DNA of 64,000 nt from Acetofilamentum sp. (GTDB lineage: Bacteria; Hydrothermota; 32-111): contig DYMB01000001.1 of the NCBI GenBank assembly GCA_020721805.1, forward strand, positions 243,149-307,148, in the 5' to 3' direction. The notes beneath the pieces are model-generated. The model had not been told where the DNA came from, did no database searches, and saw only the letters and a list, made by a program, of their open reading frames with translations. Numbering within the stretch: position 1 is the first letter of the stretch; every line of letters begins with the position of its first letter. Below are positions 54,383 to 63,771 of this stretch, in pieces. Position numbers and translations under genes: made by a program.

Positions 54383-56500
54383 ATGATAAGAATATTGAAA
54401 AAGACGATTTTTCTATTTTTTTTCATCCTTTTCTTTTTTAAAATTTTCACAGGTTATGGTATAATTGATGGAGATTTTCTTGATGAATATGTCCCTAAAT
54501 TTTTTCTTTTAAAAAATTCTTTTCACTCTTTTAAATTCCCTATTTATGAAAAATCTTTTGGATTAGGTTTTCCCATATACAAAGATATACAATCCGGCAT
54601 TTTTTATCCATTAAACTGGCTTGTAATGTTACCTTTTGATTTTATGTTTATGGTTCATATTATTATTCTGTTAAATGTTTTGATACTATTTTTTGGTATC
54701 TATAAACTTTTAAAAAGGTTAAAAATTGAAAATGACTTTTCTTTATTACTTTCGCTTATTTTTACCTTTTCTTCTTTTACGATCTCCCATATTCCACACT
54801 ATACCATAATCGCTTCTCTTACCGTCCTGCCTTATGTTTTAATTTCGCTTATAGATTTTTTCGAAAAACAAAATAAAAAAAGTTTTATACTTACAGTTAT
54901 CCTCTTTTTGCTTCAATTAGCAGCGGGGCATCCTCAGATATTTTTTTACACTCTTCTACTTTCCTTTTTTATTTTTTTAATACGGTACAGAAACTTTAAA
55001 AATTTTCTTTATCTTTTTATACTATTATTCTTCTCTTTCTTTGTTTCACTCTTTATCATAATCCCAACTTTTGAAGTATTCAAATTCTCATACAGAATGG
55101 ATCTTAACTATAACACTATTCCTGTGAAATATTTGATTTTAACACTCTTTCCAGATCTTTTTGGCGGAGTTTCAACAATTTTTAAAAGAGCGTATGATGG
55201 TTTGTCAAATATAAATGAAACTTCATTTTATTTTTCTTTACTCTTCTTTTTTTCACTATCCTTTTCGATATATGATATTTTTGTTAACGGAAACCTGAAA
55301 AGTTTAAAAAAATATTTATTACCACTCTTTTTTCTATCAATATCTTTTCTGGATTTTATCTATTTAAAAATTTTTTTAACACCCTATAGGGCTCTATCAA
55401 TTTCGATAGGCATTTTTCTTTTACTCTTTTTACCAGAAATGTTGAAAAAAATGGAAAAAAAGTTTTTACTCTTTTCAATTCTTTTTTTTACCTTCCTACT
55501 TCTTTTTATTTTGTTGAGAAGTTTTTCATTTAGAAGATATATGATAACAATTTTATTTTTTATATGCTATATCTTGTTTTTTCATTTTGTGTGGTTAAAA
55601 GAAGATTATGGGAAAGATTTTAAAATCTTATTTCTTTCTGTTATCATACTTTTGGATCTCTTTGTTTTAACAGGTAATATTATAAAATTTGAAAAAATGG
55701 AAAAAATAAAAAATGTTCCATACGATGAACTTTCGGGTAAGTATATTTTAACCTTTATACCTGAAGATATACTCTTTTATAAAGAGTATATAAAAGAATA
55801 TTTTGATGTTTACGATCTTGAAGTTCTAAAAAAATATTCAACATATGGTAACAGAGGGATATACTATTCATCATATTCTTTCAACCTATATCAAAATTTT
55901 ACTTTTAAAAAGTATGTTGAATTTTTTGATGATCCATCCATAATGACGGGTGGTTTTTCAAATCTCAATTTTATACTCAATCCTCTTTATCTGGATTATG
56001 ATTATGTTTTTGTTCCCGATGTTCCTATAATACTTAAAGTTAAAGATTTTTTGAGAATCGATTTCAAAACTGGATTCAGGGATACTCTGTTAATTTTTTA
56101 TGATGGGGATTTTGATGGTCTTGAACCTTTACCCATAAAGGAGCCATACCTGAAAGATATAAAGGATTTAAAAAGTTCTATAATCTATGTTGAAAAGGAT
56201 TTAAGGTTTTTCGGGAAAGGTGAAATTTATATGATTAAAAAATTGAATACCGGTAAAATACTCCATTTTCCATACATTTTTGAAAATTCTGGTTTTGAAA
56301 CTCTTTCAAAAGATCCTTTTTATCTTTTCAAAAAGAATGGTGAAAGAAAAAATAAAAATTATATAACAAATCCTGTTGATGGCAGTTTTGTTGATGAAAA
56401 AAGACTCAAGTTTATTCCCTACGATCTTTTAATGGGATTTCTCGTTTCAATTATTTCCTTTATCGTTTTATTATATTATTCAAAAAAGGAGTTTGGATGA
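54383..56500 (+). CDS. Polytopic GT-C-fold membrane glycosyltransferase (ArnT/PMT/YfhO-like), 705 aa
   Basis: >=12 predicted TM helices. First extracytoplasmic loop carries a DE motif (GIIDGDFLDEYVP) as in GT-C polyprenol-P-sugar transferases. Large C-terminal soluble domain. Downstream of the GT2 synthase. Confidence 0.6.
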   Translation: MIRILKKTIFLFFFILFFFKIFTGYGIIDGDFLDEYVPKFFLLKNSFHSFKFPIYEKSFGLGFPIYKDIQSGIFYPLNWLVMLPFDFMFMVHIIILLNVLILFFGIYKLLKRLKIENDFSLLLSLIFTFSSFTISHIPHYTIIASLTVLPYVLISLIDFFEKQNKKSFILTVILFLLQLAAGHPQIFFYTLLLSFFIFLIRYRNFKNFLYLFILLFFSFFVSLFIIIPTFEVFKFSYRMDLNYNTIPVKYLILTLFPDLFGGVSTIFKRAYDGLSNINETSFYFSLLFFFSLSFSIYDIFVNGNLKSLKKYLLPLFFLSISFLDFIYLKIFLTPYRALSISIGIFLLLFLPEMLKKMEKKFLLFSILFFTFLLLFILLRSFSFRRYMITILFFICYILFFHFVWLKEDYGKDFKILFLSVIILLDLFVLTGNIIKFEKMEKIKNVPYDELSGKYILTFIPEDILFYKEYIKEYFDVYDLEVLKKYSTYGNRGIYYSSYSFNLYQNFTFKKYVEFFDDPSIMTGGFSNLNFILNPLYLDYDYVFVPDVPIILKVKDFLRIDFKTGFRDTLLIFYDGDFDGLEPLPIKEPYLKDIKDLKSSIIYVEKDLRFFGKGEIYMIKKLNTGKILHFPYIFENSGFETLSKDPFYLFKKNGERKNKNYITNPVDGSFVDEKRLKFIPYDLLMGFLVSIISFIVLLYYSKKEFG

Positions 56501-59238
56501 TGAAAAAAATATTATTATTTTTTGTCATATCGTTGCAGATTATGCTTTATGCGAATAAGACCAACAGGGCTGATTATTATTTTGATGTTGAACTTGATGA
56601 TAAAAACAGGATAATAAGAGGTTATGCTGATATCGTTTACAAAAATTTTACTCAGGATACTTTAAAAGATATGGTTTTTCATCTTTATGCCAACCTTTTT
56701 AGAAAGGATGGTGATTTTTTAAAAAGAAAAATAAAATCGTCCTGGGAAGGTTATACACGGATAGATTCGATACTCGAAGAGAATGAAAGAAACGATTCTT
56801 TTAGAGTTGATAAAACTCTTGGATACTTGAAATTGAAAAATTATATTTTGCCTTATGATTCTTTAAAACTGAGAATATATTTTGAAAATAAAGTTCCATA
56901 TCCATTTTTAAGGGAGGGCTATTCGAAAGGAGAGTACAATATTTCGCAATGGTATCCAAAGGTTGCTGTTTATAAAGATGGTAAATGGGCTCAATTTCAG
57001 GCAAGCAGAGAGAGTGAATTTTTCAACGAGTATGGTGATTATTATCTGAAAATAAGGTTGCCAAAAAAATATTTTCTTTTTGGAACCGGGGATGCCATCT
57101 ATCCTGATGAGGATAAAAAGTTTCTCGACTCCCTTCTTTATGATGAAAAATTGAAATACAAAATGAACACAAACGATTCTTTAAAAATAGTTGAACTTCA
57201 CGCTTTGAATGTTAACGATATGGCTTTTATTCTTGTAAATGATTTTTCCTATCTGAAGAAAGAAAAGAACGGAATAACAGTTGAAATAGCTTGTAGAAAG
57301 AGAAATTTTAAATATTACAAAGAACTTATTGAAAAGGTCCACGGGATACTGGATTTCTATTCCAACCTCTATTTCCCATATCCATATTCAAAAATCACCA
57401 TAGTCGATGGGCTGTTGAGAGCAGGTGGAGGTATGGAATATCCCCAGTTTATAGTTATGGGTCCTATTTTATCTATAGATAGAAAGTTTAGAAATATAGT
57501 AAGGTATGAATACCTTGAGGATGTTATTTCCCATGAAATCGCACATCAATGGTTTTATCTAATGATAGGATCAAATGAGGCGATGGAACCTTTTCTGGAT
57601 GAAGGTTTTGCAACATATTCACAGATAACCTATATGGAAAATAGGTATGGTGAAAAAAACCAGTTAACACTTTTTAATAGAAAAGTTTACGATCTCTTTA
57701 CAACACATTATTTGAATTTTTTAAATTTACAGAAAAACAAAAAGGGTGTGCCTATAAACTATTCTTCCTTTGATACTAAAAAAGATAATTATACCATTTT
57801 CTATTCAAAGGGATATCTGATAATTAAGAAAATTGAAGATATCGTCTTGAAGGATAGTTTTAAAATTTATATTAAAGATTTTTTTAAAGAGTACAAATTT
57901 ACTCATCCAAGTATAGATGAGTTTTTTAAATTTATTAACGAGAGGAGTGGTGGAAAATATCAACATTCTTTAAAATCTCTTCTTTATGAAAATATTTATA
58001 CCGATTACTGTTTTGAAAAAATTTCACAGGGAAAGGAAAAGAATAAGTATGTCTTGAAAAATCTTTATCCCATAGATCTACCGGTTGATGTAAAATTTAT
58101 TATGAAGGATGGAGAATCTTTCGTTAAAAGAGTTGATGTGCAAAAGGATACCATAATGTTTGAAAAGAAGTCGATGAGTAATATAACGATAGATCCAGAA
58201 AAGAGTTCTCTCGATATAAACTATTTTAACAATTCCATAAAACCCCAGTTTAAAATTCACACATTCTTTGAAATTTTTGAGATAGATAAAAACAATCTTT
58301 ATTTTTATCCATTCTTTGATTACACGATTCTTGACAAATTCACTCCGGGTGTTAAAACAAAAATTTTTGATCTTTTAAAAATATCATCCCCATATTTCAA
58401 CCTGATCGGAGATTATTCTATAGATATTTTTACAGGTTATAACATAAAAAATGAGAGTTTCTATTTGAAATTTGATTTAAACACTTTTCAGGAAAACAGA
58501 GTTGGTAATGGAATCTACTTGAAATATTCAAAAGAGTTTGTAAACTTCACACCAAAATTTTTCTATTTTCTTAACGAAAAGGATTTTGGTCAAAATATAT
58601 TGATATCTTACAATTTTAGAAAAAGTTTATCTCCATCAGATTATTATATATACCTTTTCCCACAAGGGAAAATAGGATCTATGGATCTTAACTATAATTT
58701 TTATAAAAATTTATCCCAAGGTAAAATAAGAGGGGAAATTAGTCTTAACTTCTATGATAAAATAATATATTCTGATTTTAATTCAGTGGATTTAAAAACT
58801 GGTTTAAACTATGATTTTAATTTAAGTAGATTTAATATAGATCTGGGTTATGATTTTGAATTTTTAAAGGGAGAAAATAATAGCCTGACATCTATAAATT
58901 TATATTCCAGAAGATGGAGTTTTTTTGATCGTTACACTTTGAATTTTTCAAACTATCCTATCACTCTAAACGATATAGCCGGAGGATATGGGTATCTTAC
59001 TGATACGACCCAGACCTTTAAATATTTGAATAGATTCAGAGTCAAGATAAACTTTATATATCAAGATTTAATTATCGCTGGAAAAGATAAGCCTGAAATA
59101 TTTTATCAAACCGGATTGATTTTTAATTTCTTTGATCTTATGACATTGCAGATACCTCTTTACAATAAAGATAAGGGTTTTATAGTTAAAGATAGATTAG
59201 ATATGCTTTTCGATTTTAAATTTATAAAAAACTTTTGA
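56497..59238 (+). CDS. M1-family zinc metallopeptidase (gluzincin) fused to a C-terminal ~350-aa outer-membrane beta-barrel-like domain
   Basis: Signal peptide MMKKILLFFVISLQIMLYA. Zinc motif HEIAHQWFYLMIG...E (HExxH + E) and GGMEYP exopeptidase-like motif. The C-terminal third is Y/F/N-rich amphipathic beta strands and ends ...DMLFDFKFIKNF with a C-terminal Phe, an OMP beta-signal. ATGA overlap with the GT-C gene. Confidence 0.6.
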   Translation: MMKKILLFFVISLQIMLYANKTNRADYYFDVELDDKNRIIRGYADIVYKNFTQDTLKDMVFHLYANLFRKDGDFLKRKIKSSWEGYTRIDSILEENERNDSFRVDKTLGYLKLKNYILPYDSLKLRIYFENKVPYPFLREGYSKGEYNISQWYPKVAVYKDGKWAQFQASRESEFFNEYGDYYLKIRLPKKYFLFGTGDAIYPDEDKKFLDSLLYDEKLKYKMNTNDSLKIVELHALNVNDMAFILVNDFSYLKKEKNGITVEIACRKRNFKYYKELIEKVHGILDFYSNLYFPYPYSKITIVDGLLRAGGGMEYPQFIVMGPILSIDRKFRNIVRYEYLEDVISHEIAHQWFYLMIGSNEAMEPFLDEGFATYSQITYMENRYGEKNQLTLFNRKVYDLFTTHYLNFLNLQKNKKGVPINYSSFDTKKDNYTIFYSKGYLIIKKIEDIVLKDSFKIYIKDFFKEYKFTHPSIDEFFKFINERSGGKYQHSLKSLLYENIYTDYCFEKISQGKEKNKYVLKNLYPIDLPVDVKFIMKDGESFVKRVDVQKDTIMFEKKSMSNITIDPEKSSLDINYFNNSIKPQFKIHTFFEIFEIDKNNLYFYPFFDYTILDKFTPGVKTKIFDLLKISSPYFNLIGDYSIDIFTGYNIKNESFYLKFDLNTFQENRVGNGIYLKYSKEFVNFTPKFFYFLNEKDFGQNILISYNFRKSLSPSDYYIYLFPQGKIGSMDLNYNFYKNLSQGKIRGEISLNFYDKIIYSDFNSVDLKTGLNYDFNLSRFNIDLGYDFEFLKGENNSLTSINLYSRRWSFFDRYTLNFSNYPITLNDIAGGYGYLTDTTQTFKYLNRFRVKINFIYQDLIIAGKDKPEIFYQTGLIFNFFDLMTLQIPLYNKDKGFIVKDRLDMLFDFKFIKNF

Positions 59239-59300
59239 TTTATATATTGACTTAACCCCATTATTTATATATATTAAAAAAATAAAACGAAGGAGCATAT

Positions 59301-60581
59301 ATGAAAAAATCAACTTTCATTATATTTTTTTTAATTTGTATAATTATAATTTTGTTGATAAATTCTGTAATAATTTTAAAGTTTTCTCCTTCAAAGGAAA
59401 AAGGCATGGAAACTAATATTAAGGATATTTTAACAAAGGAGAGAATAGAATCTGGTTTTAGCATCGCAGATGTGATAAGCAATGCTGTTCTTGAACCTTT
59501 ACTTTATGAGGATGAAGCACCAATAATGGATATTGTTGTGAATACTGTAAAAAATTCAAACGGTTTATTAGATTATATAATAGTTATCGATGATAAAGGG
59601 CTCGTCTTTGGTGATTCAAAACAGCCCTTGAATGTTTTAAAACCTTTTAACGATCCTTCTATAAACCTTTTGAAAAGTGAAAACAGGCAGGTTCAGGATA
59701 AAGGAAAAGATTATTACGATCTGGGGCTTTCTATAAAAACTGGTGATAAGAAGAGAGGTGAAATACATCTTGGTTTGAAAAAGGTTTCATTTGAAGAAAA
59801 AACGGAAAAATCTTCTGGCTCGTCTATAATTATTGTAGGGATAACATTTATTCTTGGTATCGTTTTGGCTTTAATATTCTCATTAACAATCTCTTCGAAA
59901 CTTTCAGAAGGGAAGGATTTTGTCAATTTAAGGTCTGCGAAGATAGATGGATTAAGAAAACAGGAAGATGAATTGCAAAAAAGTTTAGCATCCAAAAATA
60001 ATGAGATCAAAAGTAAAGAACAAAAAATATCTGAACTTGAAAAGAAGATAAAGGAGACAGGTTCAAAATATGATGAGGTCGATAGAATAATAAGGGAGAG
60101 CGAACAGGAAATTGAGGAAAAAAAGAAACAGGTAGAGTTTTATGAGAATAAAATATCTGAACTTGTAGAAAAACAAAAAAGTTTAAAAGAGCAGATAGAT
60201 AAGGTAAAAGAGAACGAAACCATCAATGTTGAAGCGGAAAAACTTAAAAATCAGATATCCAATCTTGAAATTCAACTTCAGCAGATAATAAATAATATCG
60301 AAGCGAAAAGAAATGAGGAAAAGAATCTTCTGGAAAGAATAAATCAACTTAAGACACAGGCTTCTTCCATACCTCAGAATGGAAGCATAGGTGCTGTGAT
60401 AGGCACTGAACTGGAAAAGAAAAAGAAAGAGGAATTTGAAATAACACAGAGAATAGTTGCAAAAAGGAAAGAAGAAATAGCCATATCACAAAGGCTTGAA
60501 TTAAAAAGAAAAAAAGAACTTGAACTTACAGGACGTTTGGAAATGCTCGAAAAGAAATTAAAAGAGATGGGGAATGGTTGA
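59301..60581 (+). CDS. Hypothetical bitopic membrane protein with a periplasmic sensor-like domain and a cytoplasmic coiled coil, 426 aa
   Basis: TM1 FIIFFLICIIIILLINSVIIL, ~150 aa extracytoplasmic domain, TM2 IIIVGITFILGIVLALIFSL, then ~230 aa K/E-rich coiled coil. No kinase/HAMP/GGDEF output recognised. RBS AAGGAG upstream. Confidence 0.5.
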   Translation: MKKSTFIIFFLICIIIILLINSVIILKFSPSKEKGMETNIKDILTKERIESGFSIADVISNAVLEPLLYEDEAPIMDIVVNTVKNSNGLLDYIIVIDDKGLVFGDSKQPLNVLKPFNDPSINLLKSENRQVQDKGKDYYDLGLSIKTGDKKRGEIHLGLKKVSFEEKTEKSSGSSIIIVGITFILGIVLALIFSLTISSKLSEGKDFVNLRSAKIDGLRKQEDELQKSLASKNNEIKSKEQKISELEKKIKETGSKYDEVDRIIRESEQEIEEKKKQVEFYENKISELVEKQKSLKEQIDKVKENETINVEAEKLKNQISNLEIQLQQIINNIEAKRNEEKNLLERINQLKTQASSIPQNGSIGAVIGTELEKKKKEEFEITQRIVAKRKEEIAISQRLELKRKKELELTGRLEMLEKKLKEMGNG

Positions 60582-60585
60582 ACTT

Positions 60586-63036
60586 ATGGAAGAATTAAAA
60601 AAAATAGAGGAAAAATGGAATAAAAGATGGAAAGAACTTTCCCTTCAAAAATTTAAAGGTGAAAGTGATAAAAAGAAATTTTATTTACTTGAAATGTTTG
60701 CTTATCCTTCGGGTGATCTTCATATGGGACATCTTAGGAATTATGTTATCGGTGATGTTCTTCACAGGTTTTTACTTATGAACGGGTATGATGTATTACA
60801 TCCAGTTGGGTGGGATGCTTTTGGTCTTCCTGCTGAAGGGGCAGCGATAAAAAGAGGAATATCTCCAGATAAGTGGACATACAACAATATTGGTATTTCA
60901 TCTTCAACTCTTAAAAAGATGGGACTTTTATACGATTGGGATAGAGAGGTTATCACATGCAGGGAAGATTACTATAAATGGACACAATGGATTTTTTTAA
61001 AGATGTATGAAAATGGTCTTGTTTACAGAAAAAAATCTTATGTAAACTGGTGTCCATCCTGTCAAACTGTTTTGGCTAACGAACAGGTTATCAATAACAA
61101 ATGCTGGAGATGCTCAAGCGAAATTACTAAGAAGGAACTTGAACAGTGGTATTTCAAAATCACATCCTATGCTCAGAAGTTGCTTGATGGTCTTGAAGAT
61201 TTGAAAGATTGGCCTGAAAATATAAAAACGATGCAGAAAAACTGGATTGGAAGATCTGAGGGTCTTCTAATAGATTTTCAAGTAAAGGGAACGGATCTTA
61301 AAATAAAAGTTTTTACAACAAGACCAGATACTATATATGGGGTGACATTCCTTGCAATAGCACCTGAACATGATCTTATAAAAATATTGAAATTTGATGA
61401 TGATAAAAAAGAGATGATTTTAAAATATATTGAGGATTCCATAAAAAAAAGTGAGATAGAGAGAAGTTCAACAGAGAAAGAAAAGAGTGGAGTATGGAGT
61501 GGTCTATACTGTATAAATCCTGTAAACGGAAGGGAAGTGAAGTTATTCATATGTGATTATGTTTTATCAGGATATGGAACAGGCGCGGTGATGGGAGTTC
61601 CAGCACACGATCAAAGAGATTTCGAATTCGCTCAGAAGAATGGTATAGAGATCATCCAGGTTATAAAACCAAAAGATTATGAGTGGGATTTTTCAAAAGG
61701 AGCGTATGTAGAGGATGGGATAACTTTAAATTCCGAACAGTTTTCAAATATGGAATCTTCTCTTATGAAAGAGAAAATTACCGATTTTATCGAAGAAAAA
61801 GGTTATGGGAAAAGGAGTGTTACTTATAGATTGAGGGATTGGCTAATATCCCGTCAAAGATATTGGGGCGCTCCCATTCCGATGATACATTGTGAAAGAT
61901 GTGGTATCGTCCCGGTACCCGAAAAGGATCTACCTGTTCGTTTACCAGATTCATCTGAAATCGATTTTACTCCAAAAGGAAAATCTCCATTGGAAAGTCA
62001 TAAAAGTTTTATGAATGTTAAATGTCCCATATGTGGGAATGATGCTTTAAGGGATCCAGATACTATGGATACCTTTGTTGACTCCTCCTGGTATCAGTTG
62101 AGATATGCCGATCCGAAGAATGATGAAAAGATTTTCGAAAAAGAACTTGTGGATAAATTTTTACCTGTTGATATGTATATAGGTGGTGCGGAACATGCCA
62201 ATGGTCATCTTATATATTTTAGATTTATAACAAAAGTTTTAAAAGATCTTGGATACCTTTCTTTCGATGAACCTGCACTTGCTCTTTTCAATCAGGGAAT
62301 GATAATGGATAAGAATGGAAATGTTATGTCAAAATCAGCGGGTAACGCTGTCCCTGTGGGACCATTCGTTGACAGATATGGAACCGATGTCGCAAGGGGA
62401 ACGGAACTATTTATAGGTCCCGCTGGAAAGGATGCTTTATGGTCAGAGGATGGTGTTATCGGTATTTCGAGATTTCTTGAGAGGTTGAAGAATTTCGCAT
62501 TCAAATATAATAAAAATATTGTAAAGGATTATACTCCACAAAACGATATAGAAAAAATGATTTTTGTAAAATTGAATAAAACAATAAAGCAGGTTGGTGA
62601 CGATATCCGTAATTTCAGTCATAACACGGCTTTAGCCTCAATGATGGAACTTTTAAACCTTCTTTATAAAGAGGAAAAAAATCTTTCATTTGAGTTTCTC
62701 AATTTTATAATATATAAATACACCCAGATAATATCACCCTTTATTCCACATTTAGCAGAGGAAATATATGAGGGATTCAATGAAAAGGATTCTATATTTC
62801 TTACCACATGGCCTGAATACGATAAAAACTTTCTGATGGAGGATAATGTTACAATAGTTGTTCAGATAGATGGCAAAATAAGAGACAGGCTTGTTGTCCA
62901 GAGGGATACGGATAAAGAGGAGATATTTAAATCGGTTATTCTTAACGAAACTGTAAAAAAATATCTGAAAGATAAAGAAATTGAAAAATATGTTTATGTT
63001 CCCAATAGGTTGATAAATTTGATTTTAAAAAAGTGA
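60586..63036 (+). CDS. leuS: Leucyl-tRNA synthetase
   Basis: HIGH motif (HMGHLRNY), KMSKS motif (VMSKSAGN) and CP1 editing domain. The N-terminus MEELKKIEEKWNKRW matches LeuS starts; the ATG at 60574 is the alternative. Confidence 0.92.
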   Translation: MEELKKIEEKWNKRWKELSLQKFKGESDKKKFYLLEMFAYPSGDLHMGHLRNYVIGDVLHRFLLMNGYDVLHPVGWDAFGLPAEGAAIKRGISPDKWTYNNIGISSSTLKKMGLLYDWDREVITCREDYYKWTQWIFLKMYENGLVYRKKSYVNWCPSCQTVLANEQVINNKCWRCSSEITKKELEQWYFKITSYAQKLLDGLEDLKDWPENIKTMQKNWIGRSEGLLIDFQVKGTDLKIKVFTTRPDTIYGVTFLAIAPEHDLIKILKFDDDKKEMILKYIEDSIKKSEIERSSTEKEKSGVWSGLYCINPVNGREVKLFICDYVLSGYGTGAVMGVPAHDQRDFEFAQKNGIEIIQVIKPKDYEWDFSKGAYVEDGITLNSEQFSNMESSLMKEKITDFIEEKGYGKRSVTYRLRDWLISRQRYWGAPIPMIHCERCGIVPVPEKDLPVRLPDSSEIDFTPKGKSPLESHKSFMNVKCPICGNDALRDPDTMDTFVDSSWYQLRYADPKNDEKIFEKELVDKFLPVDMYIGGAEHANGHLIYFRFITKVLKDLGYLSFDEPALALFNQGMIMDKNGNVMSKSAGNAVPVGPFVDRYGTDVARGTELFIGPAGKDALWSEDGVIGISRFLERLKNFAFKYNKNIVKDYTPQNDIEKMIFVKLNKTIKQVGDDIRNFSHNTALASMMELLNLLYKEEKNLSFEFLNFIIYKYTQIISPFIPHLAEEIYEGFNEKDSIFLTTWPEYDKNFLMEDNVTIVVQIDGKIRDRLVVQRDTDKEEIFKSVILNETVKKYLKDKEIEKYVYVPNRLINLILKK

Positions 63037-63758
63037 ACTATTTTGTGATTTGTGAGTTTGATGGTAGAAAGTTTGAGGGATGGCAGAGTCAACCATCCAA
63101 AAATACTATTCAGGATAAAATTGAGGATGCTCTTTCAAAGATTCTTAATGAAAAGATAAAAGTTGTTGGTGCGGGTAGAACAGATAGTGGTGTTTCAGCC
63201 TATAGATATCCTCTTTCATTTAAAACTGAAAAAAAAATAATAGATAAAAAGAGTTTTCTTCACGGTCTTAATTCCATCGTTGATAGAAAGATTTTTTTTT
63301 ATTCGGTAAAAGAGGTTGATGAAAATTTTTCAGCAAGATTTTCATGCAGGATGAGGATTTACAGGTATTATGTTTATAATGGCAACAGCCCTTTGAAAAA
63401 AGATTTCCACTGGCAGATCGATTACAGATTGGACATTGAAAAAATGAAAAAGTTTTTAGAGGATATTAAGGGAAGACACGATTTTTCATCTTTTTGCCGA
63501 AAGAAATCTTTACTTGAAAACAATATTGTAACATTGAGTTTAAGTGAAATAAAGGCTAAAGGTAGAGAGATAATTTTCACATTTGGTGCAGATAGATTTC
63601 TTCACAATATGGTGAGGTTTCTTGTTGGTTCAGCGATAGATATCGGGCGCGGAAAGGTGAATTTTTCAGCGAATGAATTACTTAAATTGAAAAATGTAAA
63701 ATATGCGGGCAAATTGGCTCCAGCCGAGGGGCTTATTTTTTATAAAGCTTACTATTGA
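63033..63758 (+). CDS. truA: tRNA pseudouridine(38-40) synthase
   Basis: FDGRKFEGWQSQ N-terminus and catalytic GAGRTDSGVSA. Probable GTG start overlapping the leuS stop (GTGA). Confidence 0.85.
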   Translation: MNYFVICEFDGRKFEGWQSQPSKNTIQDKIEDALSKILNEKIKVVGAGRTDSGVSAYRYPLSFKTEKKIIDKKSFLHGLNSIVDRKIFFYSVKEVDENFSARFSCRMRIYRYYVYNGNSPLKKDFHWQIDYRLDIEKMKKFLEDIKGRHDFSSFCRKKSLLENNIVTLSLSEIKAKGREIIFTFGADRFLHNMVRFLVGSAIDIGRGKVNFSANELLKLKNVKYAGKLAPAEGLIFYKAYY

Positions 63759-63771
63759 AGGAGGTTCTTTA

